From contig OX597816.1 of NCBI GenBank assembly GCA_951406725.2, positions 86,242,001 to 86,306,000 on the forward strand: a stretch of DNA of 64,000 bases. The letters are read 5' to 3'. Position numbers and translations under genes: made by a program. The notes below the pieces were generated by a model that searched no databases, had not been told where the DNA came from, and saw only the letters and a program-made list of their open reading frames with translations. Shown here piece by piece: positions 54,360 through 64,000 of the stretch. This DNA comes from Octopus vulgaris. Taxonomy: Eukaryota. The first letter of the stretch is position 1; each line of letters starts with the position of its first letter.

Positions 54360-55550
54360 AGCCTTGTTTTAACAGCTTCTGGGCAGCTAATTTCCACAGC
54401 TGAACACATTTTCTCTTCTCTGTCCCAAATCATTATATCAGGTCTGTTGTGTTTACATTTTATTAAGGTATTCACTGGGATATTCCATAGGTATTCCTTT
54501 TTATTATGGGTGGCTAGGGCTTGTAACATACTGTGGGTACAAATTTCTTTGTCCTCAAGGTTATCCTTCTGATGGATTTACTTATAGAATGTCTTGGCTC
54601 GAACATCATGTCTCACCGGTAGATAATACCGTGATGATATATTCAGACAACTGCTTATGATGTGGGTGATATCTGCAGTGCGAACTCCACAAAATCTGCA
54701 TGGGTTGTCACATTTTACTGCTTTTTCTGCATTTCTATCCATTTTGTGCATTAAGTACTTCGGTGATATTTCCTTTTCCTGGATTGCAAACGCATACCCT
54801 TCAAAGTGGGAGGGAGTAATCTAGTCGTTGGTTCATGATAAACTGCTTTGATGATCAATATTATATCATCTTAGACGTTTCTACTAACATTCATGCATAG
54901 CCTTCTGCTCATATATGCTCATGCTTTGATCCGATGATACGTTGCAGTAGAGTCGTGCGACTTCTTTGGGCATGGATTTATCGTTGCTAGATAAGGAACG
55001 CTGCTCAAGAAGCTGACTTCCAAGTCTTATGATGTTATCAGCTTCATGTATGCAAACTTGGTCAAGGGATGCACTTTGACACTTGCTGATCCGAGCCACT
55101 GATATCAAAACGTGGGAAATACTAAGAAGCTCACATAATTTCCACATAAACAGTGACGTAGACCGCCCCTACGTAAAACCAAAACAATATGGCAGAAGCT
55201 TAACATCGATCGAATACGCCTTTTGTTTTGGTTTTACGTAGGGGCGGTCTACGTCACTGTTTATGTGGAAATTATGTGAGCTTCTTAGTATTTCCCACGT
55301 TTTGACATCAGTGGCTCGGATCATATCAAGCGTCCAATCAAGTAGTCCAAATGTTAGTATGAGTACTGACACTGCAAACACATTATGAGCCACTGTTTAT
55401 TGAATGCAATGAGTTCTGAGGTCCAAATTTTCTTTATTTGGCTGTAATATTCTTTAGGGACATGTATTTTGTTACAGGTGCCATTGTAAGATATGTTTTC
55501 ATTCACCCGTAGATATCTGTAAAATTCCTCATCAGATATATGGGAAACAG
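54360..55550 (-). mobile_element. R4/Dong-like non-LTR fragment with internal inverted duplication
   Basis: YRYLR, HNVFAVSVL..TFGLLDWT, SDVDRPYV, HFEGYAFAIQEKEI, CRFCGVRTADITHIISSC, VRHDV, HNRPDIMIWD, VEISCP. Confidence 0.85.
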
Positions 55551-55639
55551 TATGTATGTATATATGTATGTAAGGATGATCGTCTAGGGAATGACTTTAT
55601 ACTGCATCCGTTAGAAAGAATCTGGTTCTGAAGTTCCCA

Positions 55640-55890
55640 TATTTTGAAGAGTTTGGAGGATCGCGGCTTCGATTCCTAGACCAGGCGTTGTGTGTGTTTA
55701 TTGAGCGCAAACACCTAAAGCTCCACAAGGCTCCTGCAGGGGGTGGCGACCCCTGTTGTACTCTTTCGCGCCAACTTTCTCTCACTCTTTCTTCCTGTTT
55801 CTGGAGTAACGCTGCGATGGACTGGCGTTCGTCCACCTGGGGAAACCGGACGCATGAGCCTGGCTAGGCTTGAAAAGGGCGCGTAAAAAA
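55640..55890 (+). mobile_element. tRNA-derived SINE (family D)
   Basis: B-box-like GGCTTCGATTCC, TGTGTTTATTGAGCGCAAACACCTAA central block, GCTGCGATGGACTGGCG...GGAAACCGG..ATGAGCC tail and A-rich end. Confidence 0.6.
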
Positions 55891-55904
55891 ATATATATGC
55901 ATAA

Positions 55905-55906
55905 AC

Positions 55907-55950
<44 letters not shown>

Positions 55951-56089
55951 ATGTTTGTGTGTGTTTAAAGACAAACATGCACACATATAGGCATATAGAC
56001 AAAGATGGTTAGGTAGATAAATAAATAGACAGACAGACAGATAGATAGATAGATAGATAGACAGGCAGACAGACAGACAGACATATATT

Positions 56090-56136
<47 letters not shown>

Positions 56137-56220
56137 GATGATAGATACATACATACATACACACATACATACATACATACATACATACATACATACATAC
56201 ATACATACATACATACGTAC
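55905..56220. repeat. (TG)n, (GATA)n/(GACA)n, (CATA)n compound array
   Basis: Directly visible. Confidence 0.95.
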
Positions 56221-56774
56221 ATGTCCATTTCAGTCACCCTTTAGATATGTCGCTAATTCTGAATTGTACTAAAACTTACGTACCTATTCTGACATCCAGT
56301 ATTCTCACTTTAATAACATCCTTCCAAAATTTGTTCCGTAACTGAGAACGTGGGTTCCGTGATGGAACTACAATGTATACTTCTACGATATTGAAACAGC
56401 TACATGTAAACTCCGAATTTCCACTCATTTAACAATATTTCAAAAACTTACATCAGTCGTATACACAAATCCCTGCCATATTTCTTATTGGACAGAAAAA
56501 TAAAGAATGTCTCTTATACTTCAGACACATTATAAAGAAAAGAAAGAAACAAACAAAACAAAAAATGGATAGCAGCCATCTTTCTTTAATTACCACATTT
56601 GACCCGGCACCTGCAAACATTTTTTTTGTCTTGTTTGCAAACATTTTATTAGTTTATGTCCCGTGATAGGAATATTTCAGACAGCAATAACACTACAGCC
56701 AACCATCTGCACATAAAATCGCATCGATTCATCCAAATATAGAAACAAAATCATTATCATTTTATTATTTTTAT

Positions 56775-56802
56775 GATATCATCATCATCATCATCATCAT
56801 CG

Positions 56803-56833
<31 letters not shown>

Positions 56834-56864
56834 TATCATCATCACCATCATCACTATCATCATC

Positions 56865-56896
<32 letters not shown>

Positions 56897-56944
56897 CATC
56901 ATCGCGATCGGTAGTAGTAGTAGTAGTAGAAGTAGTAGTAGAAT

Positions 56945-56981
<37 letters not shown>

Positions 56982-57286
56982 CACACAATCATAGCAATTT
57001 TCACAATCATCACGATCAAAAAGATTTTTTGTTGTTTTTATTAACATCAAATTCGTCATCATCGTCGTCGTCATGATTATCGTCATCACCATAGCCGACG
57101 CTGACGTCGTCGTCGCTATAATCGTTATCCCCAATATCCTCATCCTCATCCACTTCATCATCGTCGTCGTCATCATCATCATCATCTTTATCATTAATGC
57201 TTCACTACCATATCGATTTTTAATACAGAAGTCAAAACTAATATAAAAACAAACAGAAATTCAGTATTACACAATACACAAACAAA

Positions 57287-57372
<86 letters not shown>

Positions 57373-57555
57373 ATGATGGTGGTGGTGGTGGTGGTGGCGG
57401 CGGCGGCGGCGGTGGTGGTGGTGGTGGTGGTGGTAATAGTAGTAGTAGTAGTGGTGGTGGTGGTGGTAATAGTAGTAGTAGTAGTGGTGGTCATCGTCGT
57501 CATTGTGATGGTGGTGGCGGTAGTAGTAGTAGTAGTAGTAGTAATAGTAGTAGTT

Positions 57556-57633
<78 letters not shown>
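56775..57633. repeat. Compound trinucleotide arrays (ATC, GTA, GTG, GCG, GCA)
   Basis: Directly visible; all homopolymer-peptide ORFs here derive from it. Confidence 0.95.
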
Positions 57634-57634
<1 letters not shown>

Positions 57635-59630
57635 AAACAGCAGAAACCTACAAACATTGTGATGATGTTGACGATGAAGAAAATTGTATAAAGAATTACT
57701 GTGAAAAATAATTCCAAAATAGAATGGGCAATTATGTTTCCTATGGTTATATTTTTTTTCATGTGAGGACGTTGATGACGTTGCAATAGTTTTATGTATG
57801 GTTTTATGTATAATTTTATTGCAAGAATGACCATCAACTTCAGTTCGAATGGTTGGAAAGATAACTAGAAATTGTAATATATAAAGCAATATCACGATAT
57901 TGCTCCTTACACCTTGTTTATTCCTTTAGTTCATCTTATTTTCAACACTGTCATTGCTGTCGTTGTTCTTGTACTGGTTATTCTTGAAATGTATTATATT
58001 CTTATTGATTTTTCTGTATTTCCATTGTAATGTTTTTAACATTATCATTCTTGATATTATTCTTATTAATCTTTTTGTATCTTTGTTATTATTAATAGTA
58101 GTATTATTACAAGGGTAATTCTCAGCAAATATTTTATATTCTTTGTTATTTTTTTTTTTCTTCTGCTGAGCTGCTTCTATCAATACTAAACTGCCGGAAT
58201 TTTATACTTATTGGCAATATTTCCAAAACGCAAAACATCAATTTCTATATCTGTATACCTATATATTTATTTGCTGCTGAGATTGGGCAACCACGAATAT
58301 CAAGTCTAATTGTCTATTTACGGCCATTAGATTTTCTGCATTGATTATATTTTTGTATTAGTTTTCTACATTGATTATATTTTTCTGTTAGTTTCAGTTT
58401 TAATGCTTCGTGTTCTTGTTATATCTGTTGGAGCGTTTTCCTATTCTTTTGTTTAAAATTTCAATACAATATTTAATAATTTTAATAATTCACAAAACCG
58501 GATCAAATCCATGTAATATTTTATGACCACAACGAAGATAAAATGAGAGAAACATTTAACACAGTCTCCCCAAAAGACGAAGGCTGTTCAACAAAGGGAG
58601 TTTGTTTGGTAAGCTGAAACCCCTGTAAAAGGTAAAGTACTTAAACGGGTCAATTCTGCCTTGTTCCAAATTTTTAAGAAGAAAGGAAATTAATATTGTG
58701 CGTGTAAGTTGTTCAAATGTGAATAAAAAAATAACAAATGTGCTAAACGCCACCTGCAAAATATAATATGTACGAAGGTAACATACATACAACTCCAGAT
58801 ATATGTTGGTGCAATAAAATTTCTGTGAAACTTATTGTTGTGAAACATATGTTGGTACTGTATAATTGTTGTGTACTTATATTCCAATGACTGTAATACA
58901 AAATCTTCCCCAAAATACACCTCATATTTACCATAATTTGCATAAATCCAATGAAAATGGCTGTAGTGTCGCTTGTGAAATGCATTTTCTGAAGTACATG
59001 AATTTCTTTATTCTGGATGCTGTGAATATTTTGTTAAATAAAATCTCCCACATCATTGTGTGAAGAAAAGCTCTTTAAGTGTTGATTCTAGGGGCCAGTA
59101 CTTTCACCATACCGTAAATTTTAGCGTTTGACATCATGGCGAGAAAATATCTGCCCACTAAAGTGCGCTAAATGGTAGAAGGAGAAATGCTTCTGCTATG
59201 ACTTCGAAAAGTGGGAATTGTTTTTTTTTATCTTAATTCAAACAATACCTCTTTGACTACCACCTCAGTAGGTCACATGAAAACCATGATAGTGAATACG
59301 TAAACAACGATGATGAAACTAACAGCATTTACAACAGCGACTATAACAAAAGGCAATGCCAATGATATAAAAGAATTTCCCAGAGATGAGTTCATTGGCA
59401 CCACCACCACCACCACCATAATCTATAGTAGCAGAAATAAAATCGTCGAGAATAAGCAACAACGGCAGTCACGACGTCAAAAGTAGCAACGGTAAAATTT
59501 CAGCAGCACTAGGAACAAAATGGCATCGAGACAGTAGCAATGTCATCGACAGAACAGAAACCTCTAGTAACAAAAACCATCATTAATAAAAATGCTTCCT
59601 TCGCTTAAGTAGTTGTGTGGAAGTTTGGAT

Positions 59631-59940
59631 TTCTTCTTCTTCTTCTTCTTCTTCTTCTTCTTCTTCTTCTTCTTCTTCTTCTTCTTCTTCTTCTTCTTCT
59701 TCTTCTTCTTCTTCTTCTTCTTCTTCTTCTTCTTCTTCTTCTTCTTCTTCTTCTTCTTCTTCTTCTTCTTCTTCTTCTTCTTCTTCTTCTTCTTCTCCTT
59801 CTTCTTCTTCGTCTTCTTCTTATTATTATTCTTCTTCGTCTTCTTCTTCTTCTTCGTCTTCTTCTTCTTCTTCTTCTTCTTCTTCGTCTTCTTCTTCTTC
59901 TTCTACTACTACTACTACTACTACTACTACAACAACAACA

Positions 59941-60021
<81 letters not shown>

Positions 60022-60049
60022 GCTACTACTACTACTACTACTGCTGCTG

Positions 60050-60133
<84 letters not shown>
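59631..60133. repeat. (TTC)n followed by (CTA)n
   Basis: Uninterrupted TTC run 59631-59796 (~55 units), interrupted TTC to ~59903, then CTA/CAA/CTG to 60133. Confidence 0.97.
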
Positions 60134-61289
60134 TATTCTTAAAATGTCACAGTTTAGAAGATCTCTTCCTGTTCCAAATAGCTTAAACACTGTTTTTGCA
60201 CAACTCATTTTTGTTTCTAACTAGGTTCAGTCAACAGCAAAGAGAACCTGCTCTGTTTATGATAGGTCTATCCTTGTGTAGCGTGACAGCAGTCGATTTT
60301 CTCTCGGAGCACATATAATCATGAATACCACTATCAGAAACCGGTTGTACAATGCACACAGTTATTTATGATAATAACAATAGCATCAACAGCAATACTA
60401 ATACAGAAATACGATTTTAGTAGCCATTTGCTCTCCTGTATTTCAGCTCCCTGTTGCAGGTTTTGTTTTCCGCCATTTTTATTTTGAAATGAAAAAAAAA
60501 GTTAAGAAAGGAACACTGTCCGCACCGAGCATGCTTTGCTCTGATGTCCCGACATTAATAGGTAATTACCTGATATCCTGAATTCACTGTTGCTATATCA
60601 CAGTGGTGTTCGATGAAACGATGAAGTGGAACAGAATTTTTTTTTTAAAGGTGATGGTAGCGGGTTTTATAATGTAATCTGAGTTGTATCAGCACCGGGG
60701 AAATTTGTGAAATGCGTTGCTCTACGTGTAGTCGGAGGGGAAAATCTGTTGTGTGAGTTTATTTAGAGTACATTGAGAAACTGACACAACCACATCTCAA
60801 CATCATTAGACCCTGTAGGTTGAGTTATAAGATTCTCGGTTATGGGAAATACAGAGGGAAATTCAACTGTAAAACATTTGGAGCCACTCTAGTCGAATTC
60901 ACTATAACAACGACGACAACAAACGCTGTAAGGAAATTTTTGCTCTAAGTATAATCAGGTAGGACTTTGTCTTGTGTGTTTCCCGAATGACAAGTAGACA
61001 AAATAATAAAATAACGTTTTTGTTGAAGGAAAAGATTGTCGCTTAAGGTTGACAGAAACAAGAAAGCTTATCTTTTAGCCATCGTGGACTGATGTAGTTA
61101 AAATGCAAAATCTAACGTGAAGTGGTATTCTATCGGTAATGCTTTATAGTAGAGATTTATCTATAAGACTTTCGTAGTAGCGCTTCATTTAGAATACATC
61201 GATGGTTTTGCGAGATAATGACAGAGATTGCTAAAAGAAAGAAGTCAAAACCTGGGCGAGAGAGTTCAGATTGTTATGAATATATGTAA

Positions 61290-61400
61290 AGCGAAAAATG
61301 TGTGTTTTCCGAAAAAGAATAACGTGTAAGAACACAACACACAACCCGGTCCGGAAACTGAACTCACTACCTCATCATTATGAGTTCGACTTTCTAGCCT
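61290..61400 (-). mobile_element. SINE family C head fragment
   Basis: AAGAACACAACACACAACCCGGTCCGGAAACTGAACTCACTACC matches the end of 25577-25855 and extends into a B-box-like segment. Confidence 0.5.
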
Positions 61401-63313
61401 TCACACAAGTACGCACCCGTTATACCTAAAAGCGGCTTTGGGTAGCTTCAGAATCTGTTTTGTGTAACTTAAGAAATAAATACCTAAGACTAGTCAAAAA
61501 TCGAAACCGGAGGAAGAATACAGTACGCAAGTGCTCTATAAGTGCACTTGCGGAAATAAACTTTTAATATAGGTGCGTTCTCTTTTATATTTAAACTTCG
61601 TTTAAATAATCCAAAGTCTACATTTAGCTATAAAATTAAGAGTAGTAATATATCTTTGGCTAAATGTGTGCATTCTTTCTCGGATAATACTGAAAATAAA
61701 ATTAGCACAAGGAATGCATAGCCGTATGAAGATGATAGTGGGTGAGGGTCTTGTATATCTCTGGCTTTCCATATAAGTAGAATTAAATTGAATATTATTA
61801 ATGAAAGCGATGAGTTGCTCATAAGATGCCTGTTTCTTAGAAATAAATCCTTCCTTTACACTATGAATAGCGCAACCATAAATTAACCTATCATACTAAA
61901 GCCAGTAAATGTATATAATTTGTGATCAGTAGGACTCGCTATTGTTCATATCTAATGATGACTATAATTCAGGTTTCACTTTGCAATATATAATGCATTT
62001 GATGGTATTCTATCCTTCCAATATAAGGCAATGCCACCTAATTATTTGAAAACATTTTAGCGTGTCGGTCTTCCATACTCATAACCTTTTACGCCCTCTA
62101 ATATTAAATTTAATTAAAATACAAGGCTTTACCAGACCGACTCTGGTTCTATCATTTAACACTTCGTAAATATCTTATGTTGCAATTGATTTTGCTCCTA
62201 TAAATTATATATTAGCTACATATCATTTATTTAAAAATTTAGATTTTATATAAAGATAATACTTTCACAGATTCGTCTTATAGAAACGTTTACAATCTAA
62301 ACCGTGTCATAAGAAATATCTATGAATAAGCCTTTGTGTGTGCTTGTGTGCGTATGTGTGTGGGTGATATAGAAGTGTATGCAGGTGGGTATTTGTGTGC
62401 ATATATATTTGATCGTTGCTGAATTGGAATAAAATTTGATAGATGAAGAATACTGGGGACCCTTGCTTTGAAGCCCTCAAGCATCAATTCATTCAGAATC
62501 TTCTAATGGTGAGTAGTACCATTTTAAAAGCATTCCCCTTGAATTGTTAATTCTCTTATTTGTGAATTAACTTTGTAATATGTTTGAATACTTACTTATA
62601 TCTGTCTTCGTTATTTTATTCTCATCGTACACTAAGAATGATATAGTCTTTAATTTCTCTCTATCACTTTAATTTAATTGGTCTGAATATGTTCCTACGT
62701 GAAATACTGTAAATTATAAGGCAATGTCTTTGCTCACTTGTTTTCCATTTACAGACCAAATTACTGTAATCTTGTCTAATTCTGCTCCCATATATTGTAA
62801 ATATATAGACTGAGTTTGAACACATATTTAGACTTGAAAAATTGAAGCAACCGTCATATTCCAGTGGAACCATAAGTGAGCTTTCTTTCTTTTTCATTCC
62901 TTATTGAATACGCAATTTTTTATTATAAAGCTGAGCATTTAAATTCATGTAAGCATGTACGTATGATTCTTTAAACTGAAATTTATGATACAATATGAAA
63001 AAGGTTACGAAACGGCTGTAATATTATGCAAGTCAGATGTAAAGATCTGTTTTTACGTCCCACACCTCGTGAACTTTGTTTAATCTTCTCGAAAAGTTTA
63101 TTATCAGATTTCATATATTTGCAGTCACACGGACATATAACATTACACTACCATGTAATTGATTTCTACGTAGATTGAAATTGATTTCTACAAAGATTGA
63201 AACTGAGGTGTTTACTGTGAGAGCCAAACGATTATCTGACTCCATATATATGAGTATACTTGTATATATACATATGTGTGAGTGAATTGTTTGTGTATGT
63301 GTGCGTATATGTA

Positions 63314-63373
<60 letters not shown>

Positions 63374-64000
63374 CACGAACCGATAAACGCACGTATTTTC
63401 TTTGAAACACTTTTCAGTCTAACTAGAAATTCATTTATTCATAGTATGTTCTCTTTCTCGTATGTTCTTTTCTTATAAACTACATTGATACTAAGACATC
63501 AAAACAACATAAAATATAGAGTAATGTACAAACAAAAGAAACACGCATGATTATAAAGAAAAATGGACAGCCTGGCTGTCAACATAATACTCGTTCTACA
63601 TATAGTAATGTTTCAACTGGCTAGACAGTATAATTATTACTATTTGGAATTTTACCTTGGAAAATGTCAAAATACAAAGAAAATGAGACGAAATGGAGAA
63701 AATATACATAACATTACATTTACATGATATTGTATGAAATATAATGGAAATGTGAGTTTGTTTGCACTAATGACTAATATTTAGAGTTCAGACAATGTTT
63801 CCGTCGTAGAAAGGGTGGTTTATGTTACTTCCCTCTTTACGATAAGAAAAGAGCAACAAAACAACCAATAACCAAGCCATGCATACGGATAGCCCGACAC
63901 GTTAGTACGATACATTCACAGAAGCACAAATACCAACCTATATGTGTGTGCCTGCGTGTGTATGTGCGTGTGTATGTGTGTACGTGCATGTGTGTATGTG

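Noticed and set aside
59613-60224. Longest ORFs in the window (175-203 aa)
   Set aside because: Poly-F/L/S/Y/T from (TTC)n and (CTA)n.

Overview
AT-rich, microsatellite-saturated animal DNA with no supportable host exon, rRNA, tRNA gene or CRISPR array. The repeat repertoire (two abundant tRNA-headed SINE families, TAA-targeted Dong/R4-like retroelements, Penelope-like ends embedded in (TA)n, very long di/tri/tetranucleotide arrays) suggests a coleoid cephalopod, probably Octopus, intron or gene desert; this is inference from recalled repeat patterns, not a database result. Almost every ORF in the track is a microsatellite read-through or a decayed transposon fragment. Recognisable elements: mariner and Tc1 relics, a Chapaev3-like transposon with both ends and a TAA duplication, two non-autonomous Helitrons, a fold-back MITE, CR1/L2-, L1/Tx1- and R4/Dong-type LINE fragments, a GIY-YIG Penelope-like element, and many SINEs. 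The most notable sequence-level signals are a near-canonical type I hammerhead ribozyme (10617-10667, minus strand), several near-perfect local fold-back inversions inside dead elements (70-bp perfect palindrome at 4986-5055; 101-bp arms at 55087-55323), a direct-repeat element carrying both hammerhead core halves in permuted order, and stacked insertions into (TAA)n and (TA)n arrays. I found no convincing novel protein-coding system. Most element boundaries are approximate unless termini are quoted.
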